In this document: in pieces, positions 25,595 to 34,516 of the stretch | How the letters are laid out: every line of letters starts with the position of its first letter | Numbering within the stretch: the first letter of the stretch is position 1 | Virus record (IMG/VR): IMGVR_UViG_3300032287_003622 | Span: 32,001-96,000 of that record | Reading direction: 5' to 3' (one strand) | Source: a virus | Length of the DNA: 64,000 nt | The notes under the pieces: model-generated | The model's database searches: none | Told to the model about the DNA's origin: nothing | The model's input: the letters and a program-made list of their open reading frames with translations, nothing else | Made by a program: the position numbers and the translations under genes

Positions 25595-25612
25595 TCCAAT
25601 TTGTTGTATAAT
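25584..25612 (+). promoter_or_regulatory. sigma70-type promoter of the AAA+ gene
   Basis: TTGACC-17 nt-TATAAT. Confidence 0.75.
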
Positions 25613-25666
25613 AGTCCTATAGTAGTAAATTGTTATCAACCTAAATAACTTACAAAGGACACAGCC

Positions 25667-26752
25667 ATGTCAGACACAAGAACAGTAACCTCAGTGCAGG
25701 CCCGCAAGAGCTTGCTCAAAGCATTTTCGAAAAAACGCCCACTCTTTTTGTGGGGTCCTCCTGGTATCGGTAAAAGTGAATTGGTAGCCGATATTGCCCA
25801 AGAACTTGGTGGCCACATGATCGACCTCCGACTTGGTCAGATGGAGCCCACTGATATCCGTGGTATTCCGTTTTACAACAAAGATTCAGGCAAAATGGAC
25901 TGGGCTGAACCGGTAGACTTGCCAACTGCGGAATTTGCCAGCCAGTATCCTATCGTGGTGCTATTCTTGGACGAGATGAATTCAGCGGCTCCGTCGGTAC
26001 AGGCCGCGGCCTATCAGTTGATCCTTAATCGTCGCTGTGGCAAATACTTTTTGCCCGACAATGTGGTGTTAGTTGCTGCCGGTAATCGCGAAAGCGACAA
26101 AGGTGTTACATATAGAATGCCCACGCCCTTGGCCAATCGTTTCATACACCAAGAAATGCGTGTGGACTTTGCCAGTTACCAGGAATGGGCAGTCAACAAC
26201 AACATCCATAAAGACGTGGTGGGTTATTTGAGTTTTGCCAAGCAAGATCTCTATGACTTTGATCCCAAATCAGCTTCGCGTGCCTTTGCTACACCAAGGT
26301 CATGGACATTCGTCAGCCAGATTCTTGAAGACGAAGACGGCGATGATGACACTATCATGAACCTGATTGCTGGCACTGTGGGTGAAGGACTTGCTGTGAA
26401 GTTCATGGCACATCGCAAGATTGCTGGCAAGATGCCCAAACCTGAAGATATCTTGAGTGGCAAGGAAAAAGATCTCAATGTCAAAGAAGTATCGGCTATG
26501 TATTCTCTGGTCATTGGCATGTGCTACGAGCTCAAGGGTGCCATTGAAAAGAAGGTGCCAGACAAGCAGTTTCATGAAATGGCCGACCATTTCTTCAAGT
26601 ACATGATGCAGAACTTTGAGACTGAGCTTGTGGTCATGGGTGCCCGTATTGCACTAACCACCTACAACTTACCGTTCCAGCCTACCAAGCTCAAGAACTT
26701 TGATGAGTTCCACAACCGCTACGGCAAGTATATCCTGCAAGCTTCGGCCTAG
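25667..26752 (+). CDS. MoxR-like AAA+ ATPase
   Basis: Walker A GPPGIGKS, Walker B LFLDEMN, AAGNR, LANRF and TPRSW. Confidence 0.9.
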   Translation: MSDTRTVTSVQARKSLLKAFSKKRPLFLWGPPGIGKSELVADIAQELGGHMIDLRLGQMEPTDIRGIPFYNKDSGKMDWAEPVDLPTAEFASQYPIVVLFLDEMNSAAPSVQAAAYQLILNRRCGKYFLPDNVVLVAAGNRESDKGVTYRMPTPLANRFIHQEMRVDFASYQEWAVNNNIHKDVVGYLSFAKQDLYDFDPKSASRAFATPRSWTFVSQILEDEDGDDDTIMNLIAGTVGEGLAVKFMAHRKIAGKMPKPEDILSGKEKDLNVKEVSAMYSLVIGMCYELKGAIEKKVPDKQFHEMADHFFKYMMQNFETELVVMGARIALTTYNLPFQPTKLKNFDEFHNRYGKYILQASA

Positions 26753-26762
26753 AAATAGGCCC

Positions 26763-26805
26763 GGAAGGCTGTGGTCATCACAGGCTGTGTCCATCACAGC
26801 CTTCC
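26763..26805 (+). repeat. 11-bp inverted repeat enclosing a 16-nt imperfect tandem repeat
   Basis: GGAAGGCTGTG/CACAGCCTTCC; AGGCTGTGGTCATCAC followed by AGGCTGTGTCCATCAC. Confidence 0.65.
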
Positions 26806-26822
26806 ATCTTTATTGAGTGCAT

Positions 26823-27167
26823 ATGAAATATACTGTTACCCGATTAGATCGTAGATACGCATACTGGGAAGAATTCAACTACATGATTGAGTTCCATAAA
26901 AATCGTGAGTGGGGTATGGGCACAGGTGTCTTGGACTTTGACCGTGCTAGAAAGTGGTTCAACGAGACCTATGGGTGGAGCCAGGAAGTGGACACCCGCA
27001 GAGAAATGGTTGCCAGCAAGGTACGCATGAACATAGACATACACGACTTCAGTTACCTCAATACTGACTGGGCCTGGAGTTGCAGATATCAAGAATACAG
27101 GATCTATGTCAGCGATCCAGCCCTGACCATGTTTGAACTTCGGTGGAGACAGCATGCGCCTGCCTGA
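26823..27167 (+). CDS. small phage protein, 'D..A..F.L.W' family
   Basis: C-terminal YVSDPALTMFELRW. Confidence 0.65.
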   Translation: MKYTVTRLDRRYAYWEEFNYMIEFHKNREWGMGTGVLDFDRARKWFNETYGWSQEVDTRREMVASKVRMNIDIHDFSYLNTDWAWSCRYQEYRIYVSDPALTMFELRWRQHAPA

Positions 27168-27372
27168 TCCAGACTGGCCTTACATTTGCTATACCAGCCA
27201 CCCTTGGCCAGAAGTGTGTGATTGGTGCAAGGCAAACATTGGTGAGTTTGATCAGGAGTGGTACAAGCTGGGCGAAGACATTGCAGCCCAAAGCATATAT
27301 AGTGACTACAAGAGCACCTACATGTTCCGAGACGAGCAGCATGCTGTGCTGTTCCGGTTGAGGTGGGCGTGA
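27154..27372 (+). CDS. small phage protein, same family
   Basis: WC near the N-terminus; FRDEQHAVLFRLRW. Confidence 0.65.
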   Translation: MRLPDPDWPYICYTSHPWPEVCDWCKANIGEFDQEWYKLGEDIAAQSIYSDYKSTYMFRDEQHAVLFRLRWA

Positions 27373-27581
27373 TACGAGTTCTTGTGCAAAACGCACAGCA
27401 AGCCCTGGACCTCAAACAGCAAGTGCTAGATGCCGGCTTGGTCTTGCATGAAGATTTTTCTTGGGAATACATTCCCGATCACTACGATGGCTACGATGAC
27501 AGCAGTCACAGCCATCCAGAAGCTAGATTCATATTCCGTGATCCTGCACAGGAAACATTTTTCCGCATGCGGTTTGAATGA
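27369..27581 (+). CDS. small phage protein, same family
   Basis: FRDPAQETFFRMRF; GTGA overlap. Confidence 0.6.
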   Translation: MIRVLVQNAQQALDLKQQVLDAGLVLHEDFSWEYIPDHYDGYDDSSHSHPEARFIFRDPAQETFFRMRFE

Positions 27582-27805
27582 ATCAGTTAGAAACATGGCC
27601 GCCGCCCAACTGGACCGAGGTTGTGATTTCCTGGGATACCATGTTAAATAATGCTGACCGTAGCCCCAATGCCATAACCAATTGGTGCGCTTGTTATCCT
27701 GGTCACGGCCGTTGGCACTTGCATGGTTGGAAGAAAACTGAAGGATTTGCATTTAGATTTGAGGATGCCAGAGATGCAACAGCTTTTGGATTGAGGTGGG
27801 GATGA
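27578..27805 (+). CDS. small phage protein, same family
   Basis: WC; FEDARDATAFGLRW. Confidence 0.65.
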   Translation: MNQLETWPPPNWTEVVISWDTMLNNADRSPNAITNWCACYPGHGRWHLHGWKKTEGFAFRFEDARDATAFGLRWG

Positions 27806-28092
27806 ACTATTATTACGAACTAGATGAACGCACACAAAAGGCCAACTTGGAACAGTGGCACCTTTGGTGCATGCCCAACTGTTCGCCGGCTGACGGAGGA
27901 CGCATGTGTTTCAAAACACACGACGCCTTCATGGCCAACAGCCGCAGGGTCTGGTTGGAAAATCGCAACGGTGTTTACTTGGTCAAACCCACCTGGGGTA
28001 TATACAGAGGACAGGTAGATGATCGTGAGTTTACCATGATCAAACTCAGAGCAAAAACTATCAAATGGTGGGAAGATGAATATCAAAGTTAA
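27802..28092 (+). CDS. hypothetical protein
   Basis: ATGA-coupled ORF. Confidence 0.6.
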   Translation: MNYYYELDERTQKANLEQWHLWCMPNCSPADGGRMCFKTHDAFMANSRRVWLENRNGVYLVKPTWGIYRGQVDDREFTMIKLRAKTIKWWEDEYQS

Positions 28093-29659
28093 ACGAATAA
28101 TCGTGCTTGGCGGCGGAACTGCCGGCTGGTTGAGTGCTGGCTTTTTGAGCAGTCAGTTAGAGGATGTAGAAATCACGGTAATACACAGCCGGGAAGTGCC
28201 TATCATTGGTGTAGGCGAAACCACGGTGCCACAGTTCCGTAACCATTTGGAAAAGATGGGTCTCAGCGAAGATGTATGGATGCGTGAGTCAGGTAGCACA
28301 TTCAAATATGGAGTGACCTTTGATGGTTGGCGCACAGGGTCAGATACTCGTTGGCACGGCTTTGGCGATTTTGTCACAGAAAAAGGTCTTAATCGTAGCC
28401 CAGATGAGTTTGGCAAACGTCAAAGCGTGGCCAAGGATGACCAAGTGTTATTAGCGGACTACTGGATCGAACTTCTTAAACGCGGTTGGATTGCCGAACA
28501 GGATCTTTATCAGTATGCGTCAGATACCTATCATCTAGTGCAAAATCGTCGAGCACACAGAAATCTCGACGGACATCAATATATGAGTCGTGTGCCCGGA
28601 TATGCTTACAACATAAATGCTTTCAAGGTCGGACAAACCATAAAGAATCATGTGGCATTGCCGAAAGGCGTGCGAGCTTTGGAAAGACACATAGTTGAAG
28701 TGCGCCGTGGAGAAAATGAAGAAATCACAGGTCTTGTGGATGACACTGGAGAAACGCACACCGCTGATCTCTACATAGACTGCTCAGGATTCAAGCGCCT
28801 GCTGATAGGTACAGTGGCCAAATGGATTTCGTTTGAAAAGAGATTGCCTTGTAAGAATGCCATCGGTGGTCGTGTGTATTATCAAGACGACCAAGAAGAA
28901 TTTTGTGTGCCTAATCTACATGCAACTGCTCTTAAACACGGTTGGTCATGGCGTGTGCCGTTGCGTGATGACTTGGGTTCGGGCTATGTATATGATACTA
29001 GATTTACCACCACAGACCAGGCCATTGCTGAATTACAAGATTATTGGCATAGCCAAGGAAAACAATGGGATCACAAGGTCACGTTGAGTTTTGAAAATGG
29101 TATCTTAGAAAAATCTGCCCACCGTAACGTGATTGCATGTGGACTCAGCTCCAACTTCCTAGAGCCTTTGGAAGCCACGTCAATAAGTTTTACTACCTTG
29201 GTCAACGAACTGTTGGTAGCAGTGCTGAAAAAACACGACAACCATTGGTCATGGAAAGAAGCTGAAGTCATCAGCAGACTCATGCATAGAGAGATCAAGA
29301 TCACCGGCGACTTCTTGTGGTGCCATTATGCACTCACCGAAAGAACAGATACCGAGTTCTGGCGTGAAGTCGCAAAACAACGTGAGGAAGCCATAGAAAC
29401 TTGTCATAACTGGTTTGGACGTCATTTCAGCGATATCTATCGTAGAGAAAAAGACTTTGATCACACACGCTACAACAAATATGACTGGGCACAGATGATC
29501 ACTACCATGCGTATCTGGCAGGATTGTCCTACACGTGAAATCACAGAGGCCTTGTTGCCTAGAGCACGACTATGGTATCAGCATAGAGACGAAATGGCCC
29601 AAGGTGTGCTGGATCTTGTGCCCACACACTGGCAACTGATACAACATATCAATCAATGA
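28076..29659 (+). CDS. flavin-dependent tryptophan halogenase family protein
   Basis: Motifs GGGTAGW, IGVGE.T, TFKYG (catalytic Lys), DCSGF, WSWRVPL and FLEPLEATSI. Confidence 0.88.
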   Translation: MNIKVKRIIVLGGGTAGWLSAGFLSSQLEDVEITVIHSREVPIIGVGETTVPQFRNHLEKMGLSEDVWMRESGSTFKYGVTFDGWRTGSDTRWHGFGDFVTEKGLNRSPDEFGKRQSVAKDDQVLLADYWIELLKRGWIAEQDLYQYASDTYHLVQNRRAHRNLDGHQYMSRVPGYAYNINAFKVGQTIKNHVALPKGVRALERHIVEVRRGENEEITGLVDDTGETHTADLYIDCSGFKRLLIGTVAKWISFEKRLPCKNAIGGRVYYQDDQEEFCVPNLHATALKHGWSWRVPLRDDLGSGYVYDTRFTTTDQAIAELQDYWHSQGKQWDHKVTLSFENGILEKSAHRNVIACGLSSNFLEPLEATSISFTTLVNELLVAVLKKHDNHWSWKEAEVISRLMHREIKITGDFLWCHYALTERTDTEFWREVAKQREEAIETCHNWFGRHFSDIYRREKDFDHTRYNKYDWAQMITTMRIWQDCPTREITEALLPRARLWYQHRDEMAQGVLDLVPTHWQLIQHINQ

Positions 29660-29973
29660 AAAATAACTCTATACGAGCACGTCTCACTGCATTGTCTCAA
29701 AAAATTGACTCACCCAGCCGAGATGAATACTATGATACTCCTGAAGCCAGGATCGATACCATAGTGGGTCGAGACCGTGTATATTATCTTCGTCTGCGTG
29801 CAGTCAAACAGGAATGGGACAAAAGTGACAACCCTGTCAGGCAAGAGTTCCAGGAATATCTCAGGGAAACATATGGCATAGAAATGACCATACAACCCGA
29901 GGGAATAGATTTACAATATCGAATCTTGGACGAAAAAAAGCACACCTTGTTCTTGCTCAAGTTTGGCGGATAA
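29656..29973 (+). CDS. small phage protein
   Basis: ILDEKKHTLFLLKF. Confidence 0.6.
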   Translation: MKNNSIRARLTALSQKIDSPSRDEYYDTPEARIDTIVGRDRVYYLRLRAVKQEWDKSDNPVRQEFQEYLRETYGIEMTIQPEGIDLQYRILDEKKHTLFLLKFGG

Positions 29974-30221
29974 TGCACTTAAACAACTACACCATTCCTA
30001 GGCCTGCCGACAAGGTTCTTGATCAATGTCATGCAGTTTACATCCGTGATCCAGCATTTCGTATGCGGCAGATGAAACAGTATTGTCGAGAACAGAATTT
30101 AAGTTTGGTATGGTCAGAGCTGGTTGATACCACAGATGTCAGTGCATACTTTGATGAATCTGCAGCATTCTATTTTATTGACCCAGCAGATGCTACTTTA
30201 TTCAGTTTGAAATACAAATGA
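29973..30221 (+). CDS. small phage protein, same family
   Basis: FIDPADATLFSLKY. Confidence 0.65.
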   Translation: MHLNNYTIPRPADKVLDQCHAVYIRDPAFRMRQMKQYCREQNLSLVWSELVDTTDVSAYFDESAAFYFIDPADATLFSLKYK

Positions 30222-30532
30222 AAATAACTGTTAAAAAAAATCTAATCATATTCCACCGGGTGGATGAGTGGAGTGCGTTGTTCCAACGGTTGCTGAAGGA
30301 ACATGGTGCCAAGATCGCTATCAGCACAGTATGCCGTCGTGAGTTGGGATTTACTATACGCAGACACAAGGGACTTGAACCGCACGATGAAAACACCTGG
30401 GAAGTTATGAAAAGCGAAGGGTGGCATCATCGTTATTACTACCAAGATCAGATACATCTTGATTGGTATGATGAAGCAAAAATGACCTGGTTTGTGCTAA
30501 AATACCTAAATAACTGCACGGTTGACCAATAA
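30218..30532 (+). CDS. small phage protein, same family
   Basis: LDWYDEAKMTWFVLKY. Confidence 0.65.
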   Translation: MKITVKKNLIIFHRVDEWSALFQRLLKEHGAKIAISTVCRRELGFTIRRHKGLEPHDENTWEVMKSEGWHHRYYYQDQIHLDWYDEAKMTWFVLKYLNNCTVDQ

Positions 30533-30550
30533 ATCCGTTTTTGCTATAAT
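30522..30550 (+). promoter_or_regulatory. sigma70-type promoter of the VWA gene
   Basis: TTGACC-17 nt-TATAAT with extended -10 TG. Confidence 0.75.
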
Positions 30551-30579
30551 ATTATATACAGTCAGATAATAGGAGCAGT

Positions 30580-31875
30580 ATGAGCACAGCCGCTACAAGC
30601 CAGAACAAGAAAGAAGCCGACAAGTTCAAGGACTTGATTGGACCCATGGATCCCAAACTGGATCGTGAGGTTCGTGAAAAGCTGATCACAGCTCGTGTGG
30701 GTCTATTGCTTCGTGCCAGCTTCTTTGGTAACTTGGCCACCCGCCTAAAGTTAGTAAACGCTGACGAATGGTGTGGCACAGCCGCAACTGACGGACGTCA
30801 TTTCTATTACAATAGCAGATTCATTGACATGCTCCGTCCCAAAGAGATCGAGTTCTTGTTTGGGCATGAGGTCTTGCATTGTGTGTATGATCACTTTGGT
30901 CGCAGAGGCGATCGTGATCCCATGCTGTTCAATGTGGCCAATGACTATGCTGTCAACAGTGACTTGAAAAAACACAGGGTAGGCGAGTTTATCACATCAG
31001 TGCCCTGCTTGTATGACAGCAAGTTTGAAGGCAAGAGCAGTGAAGAGATCTATGATATCTTGTACGAGAATGCTGAAAAGATCAATCTTTCTGATCTTGT
31101 AGACAAGCTCTTGGACGATCACTTGGATGGCGAAGGTGATGGTGAAGGTGACGACGATGGCGATGACAAAGACGGCAAAGGCAAAGGTCGTCCCAAACTC
31201 AGTCAAGAAGAACGTCAAAAGATCAAGGACGAGATCAAAGAAGCGGTCCTATCAGCAGCCGCGGCATCGGATGGCGCCGGTAACTTGCCTGCAGGTGTCA
31301 AGCGTCTTATCCAAGACATGACTGCGCCCAAGATGAACTGGCGTGAACTGCTTCGGATGCAGTTGGAATCAACCATCAAGAGTGACTTTACCTGGATGCG
31401 GGCCAGCCGACGTGGTTGGCACATGGACGCTGTCATGCCCGGTATGAAGAATGACGAAATGATTGATATTGCCATAGGCATTGATGCATCAGGTAGTATT
31501 GACGAGCGCATGCTTCGGGACTTCTTGGCAGAAACCCAGGGTATCATGGACCAGTTCCAGAGCTACAAAATCCATATCTTTACCTTTGATACCAAGACAT
31601 ACAATCCTGAAACCTATAACTCAGACAACTTAGACAGCATCTGCGATTATGAAGTCAAGGGTGGTGGTGGCACAGACTTTGATGCCATCTACAACTACTT
31701 GAAAGAAGAACAGATCGAGCCCAAACGCTTGGTCGTGTTCACAGATGGTTACCCATTCGGATCCTGGGGTGATGAAAACTATGCCGACACGGTGTGGATT
31801 ATTCATGGTAATCAAACTGTAGTTCCACCATGGGGTCAATATGCTTACTATGAAAAGGAAACAGCACATGCTTGA
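30580..31875 (+). CDS. metallopeptidase-like + VWA domain protein (DUF2201-like), probable MoxR partner
   Basis: TAATDG, HEVLH zincin motif, acidic linker, MIDAS DASGS, GGGGTDF and FTDG. Confidence 0.88.
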   Translation: MSTAATSQNKKEADKFKDLIGPMDPKLDREVREKLITARVGLLLRASFFGNLATRLKLVNADEWCGTAATDGRHFYYNSRFIDMLRPKEIEFLFGHEVLHCVYDHFGRRGDRDPMLFNVANDYAVNSDLKKHRVGEFITSVPCLYDSKFEGKSSEEIYDILYENAEKINLSDLVDKLLDDHLDGEGDGEGDDDGDDKDGKGKGRPKLSQEERQKIKDEIKEAVLSAAAASDGAGNLPAGVKRLIQDMTAPKMNWRELLRMQLESTIKSDFTWMRASRRGWHMDAVMPGMKNDEMIDIAIGIDASGSIDERMLRDFLAETQGIMDQFQSYKIHIFTFDTKTYNPETYNSDNLDSICDYEVKGGGGTDFDAIYNYLKEEQIEPKRLVVFTDGYPFGSWGDENYADTVWIIHGNQTVVPPWGQYAYYEKETAHA

Positions 31876-32038
31876 ACGTTTTAGACATTGGTATTTGGCC
31901 AACGCAACCCAAATCACTTGGTTTATCATTGGTGCCATGATCATGAGTGGACTAATCTACTTTGGTCAAGGACAGTGGTTGAATGCTCTAGTTTGTTTTG
32001 TAATTGCCGCAGGCAATTGGTATTTTAACGGCAAATAA
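31868..32038 (+). CDS. small two-TM membrane protein
   Basis: Two hydrophobic segments; AAGGA SD. Confidence 0.55.
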   Translation: MLERFRHWYLANATQITWFIIGAMIMSGLIYFGQGQWLNALVCFVIAAGNWYFNGK

Positions 32039-32054
32039 CTTGATCAGTTTTACC

Positions 32055-32082
32055 AAAATACCCTGGTTTGGGGTGTTTTTTT
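32055..32082 (+). terminator. intrinsic terminator
   Basis: AAAATACCCT...GGGGTGTTTT followed by a T-run. Confidence 0.6.
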
Positions 32083-32127
32083 ACGGCAAAAATAAAGTCG
32101 TGTGTGTTCTCAATCGTAAATATCTGC

Positions 32128-32343
32128 ATGGACGACAAACAAATTACAATAGCAGATCTTGATACCATCAAGAACATCATTGACCTGGCCTGCACTCGTG
32201 GAGCATTCCGCGGAGCAGAGGTCAGTCAAGTAGGCGCTGTCTATGACAAGCTGTCTTTGTTTTTACAAGCAGTAATAGCACAAGCCCAGGCCCAGTCTCA
32301 AGAATCAAACACAGCTGACGCCAACACAACTCAAGGAGAATAA
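32128..32343 (+). CDS. hypothetical phage protein
   Basis: IIDLA..RGAFR..E...VG..Y.KL; TAAATA upstream. Confidence 0.65.
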   Translation: MDDKQITIADLDTIKNIIDLACTRGAFRGAEVSQVGAVYDKLSLFLQAVIAQAQAQSQESNTADANTTQGE

Positions 32344-32344
32344 C

Positions 32345-33058
32345 ATGGCATTCATCAAACACGTAGGCAAACACGGAGACCGTAAGGTCTGTATCCTGTT
32401 CCGTCAGGTTCCTGGCGAAGAGCACATGGCCTTGATCATATATCCAGAGGTATTGCCAGCACACTGGCAGGATTCAATTCAAAAAGCCTTGGAAAGTGAC
32501 ATCGCGCAACAGAGCGAAGAGCTTGCAGACGCTTTACACCGTAACTTCCTGCCCGATGGACGACCAATGTTGCAGACCTTGCATGAAGAGCGCATGATCA
32601 AGAAGGTCCGCGCTGGTGATATCATTGTTACTCCTACACCGCAAAGCAGTATACGTCTTGACGAACTCAACAAGATGTTGAACGAAATGAAGTTGGGTGA
32701 AGAGGCCATTAAAAAAATGGCCGAGAACGATGCCAGCCGTGGCTTGGTTGACCCACAAGTAAAACGCCGTGCCGAAGCGGAATTCAAAGCACAACAAGCC
32801 GCACAAACCAAACCAGCCAGCTCACTGCAGGCACCACAGTCTGGTGCACTATCTGATCGTGACATTGCTGCCAACATGCTGGCCCAAGCCAAAAAAATGG
32901 AAACAGAAGCCAAGCAGTTGATCGCCGAAGCAGGCCGTATGAAAAAAGAAGCACAACGCATGGATCCTCGCGTGGTTGCCAAAGAAGCTACTCCTGCCGC
33001 AGAAATCAAACGCGGCCGTCCTGCAAAGACCAAGGCGGTAGCGGATGCAACACAATGA
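32345..33058 (+). CDS. hypothetical phage protein with coiled-coil C-terminus
   Basis: AAGGAG SD; KHVG N-terminus; AT-hook-like KRGRP. Confidence 0.7.
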   Translation: MAFIKHVGKHGDRKVCILFRQVPGEEHMALIIYPEVLPAHWQDSIQKALESDIAQQSEELADALHRNFLPDGRPMLQTLHEERMIKKVRAGDIIVTPTPQSSIRLDELNKMLNEMKLGEEAIKKMAENDASRGLVDPQVKRRAEAEFKAQQAAQTKPASSLQAPQSGALSDRDIAANMLAQAKKMETEAKQLIAEAGRMKKEAQRMDPRVVAKEATPAAEIKRGRPAKTKAVADATQ

Positions 33059-33347
33059 TGAATTTTTGACTCATTGGGAACGCATAGTAGCCGAAGTAAA
33101 CAAGACCGACGTTCCTCTTGAGTGCATTAAAAAGGTTGTTGTTAAACTGGCAGGTGGCCGCCAAAAAACCATAAATGTTCATACTCTTCTAAAGCAGGGT
33201 TTAGAATTAGAAGAAGTAGAAAGCATGCTCACAAGGTTCTTCAACGAAAACAACGAGCAGATACGCGATATAGATTTTGTAGTAGATGTAACTGCCGTGG
33301 CCGATCTGGTTCAACCCGAAACCGACAAATTGCTGAGCAAACTGTGA
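33045..33347 (+). CDS. hypothetical protein
   Basis: Coupled ORF. Confidence 0.65.
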   Translation: MQHNDEFLTHWERIVAEVNKTDVPLECIKKVVVKLAGGRQKTINVHTLLKQGLELEEVESMLTRFFNENNEQIRDIDFVVDVTAVADLVQPETDKLLSKL

Positions 33348-34009
33348 AGGTAACACTAGTAAGTTACAGCCAACCCAGTTTAGAACTACAAGCTCAAGGC
33401 ATCACAAATGCGCAAGAGCTTGTGGCCTATTGTGCTCGAGTCTCCAATCCTTCAAATCAACACAACACAGAAACTTCCCAAAAGCTCATACGCTATCTCG
33501 TCAAACACGGACATTGGAGCCCACTTGAAATGGTTTCAGCTTGCTTGGAGATTGAAACCACTCGAGACATAGCACGTCAGATCTTGCGACATAGAAGTTT
33601 CAGTTTTCAAGAATTCAGCCAACGCTATGCCGTGGCCGATGTGGAATTCGAAAACAGAGAAGCCCGATTACAGGATACAGCCAATCGTCAAAACAGCACA
33701 TCTACACAGGACGAAAGTTTAAAACAACACTGGGTCAAACAGCAACAACAAGTGCAGGCCTATACCCGCAGTGCTTATCAGTGGGCTTTGGCACGTGGCA
33801 TAGCCAAGGAACAGGCCCGTGCTGTCCTGCCCGAAGGCATGACTGCCAGTCGACTCTACATGCAAGGCACACTGCGATCATGGGTGCATTATATTGAACT
33901 GAGATCTGGACACGGAACTCAGCTTGAACATCAAGTTATTGCACAAGCCTGTGCCGATACCTTACAACCAATCTTTCCGATGATCCGCGAGTTCGTTGCA
34001 ACAGAATAA
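33344..34009 (+). CDS. thyX: flavin-dependent thymidylate synthase
   Basis: Motifs HWSPLE, signature RHRSFSFQEFSQRY, EQARAVLP and TQLEH. Confidence 0.95.
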   Translation: MKVTLVSYSQPSLELQAQGITNAQELVAYCARVSNPSNQHNTETSQKLIRYLVKHGHWSPLEMVSACLEIETTRDIARQILRHRSFSFQEFSQRYAVADVEFENREARLQDTANRQNSTSTQDESLKQHWVKQQQQVQAYTRSAYQWALARGIAKEQARAVLPEGMTASRLYMQGTLRSWVHYIELRSGHGTQLEHQVIAQACADTLQPIFPMIREFVATE

Positions 34010-34024
34010 CGTTTCTGTTATAAT
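33996..34024 (+). promoter_or_regulatory. sigma70-type promoter (likely leaderless transcript)
   Basis: TTGCAA-17 nt-TATAAT with TG; ATG 5 nt downstream. Confidence 0.6.
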
Positions 34025-34029
34025 AAACT

Positions 34030-34287
34030 ATGCGTCGAGTCCTTTTTCATTCTTTCCGTATGGGTGATGTAGAAGATCCAGAAATCTATGCGGCCCAACC
34101 CATTCATGAATGGCAACAAACCGAACATGGTCAATGGGTCATGAGTCATTGTGCAGATCCTACCTATAACATAGGATCTGATCCTGCCTACATGGGCTAC
34201 CGAATTACATTGTGGGGCGAACTCAAGGACGAAGACGCAGTGTTTCACGAACTCAAATGGGGAAATATTGTTGGCACGTTGGCTTGA
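34030..34287 (+). CDS. small phage protein
   Basis: MGDVEDPEIYAA; C-terminal EDAVFHELKW. Confidence 0.65.
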   Translation: MRRVLFHSFRMGDVEDPEIYAAQPIHEWQQTEHGQWVMSHCADPTYNIGSDPAYMGYRITLWGELKDEDAVFHELKWGNIVGTLA

Positions 34288-34516
34288 TACTGTTCGCGAA
34301 AAACAGTTAGAGTTCTGGATCAAATGGACTGCCAGCCCAATGGCCTTGATCCATGTCTATGTGACTGCCCATGATATCGCGCCTTGGTATAAATTTTCAG
34401 GCATAATATGTGCGGCTTTATGGTTGTGGCTGGGCTATCTATGGCGTCAACCCAGTCTGATGATACTGAATGCAATCATGGTCTTAATTTATCTCAAAGG
34501 AATACTAGGCTTATGA
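34268..34516 (+). CDS. small membrane protein
   Basis: Three hydrophobic segments; start codon uncertain. Confidence 0.5.
   Translation: MLARWLDTVREKQLEFWIKWTASPMALIHVYVTAHDIAPWYKFSGIICAALWLWLGYLWRQPSLMILNAIMVLIYLKGILGL

Noticed and set aside
32479-33033. Long antisense ORFs (also 13071-13592, 14217-14696, 38705-39172 and others)
   Set aside because: Shadow frames of well-supported genes on the opposite strand.
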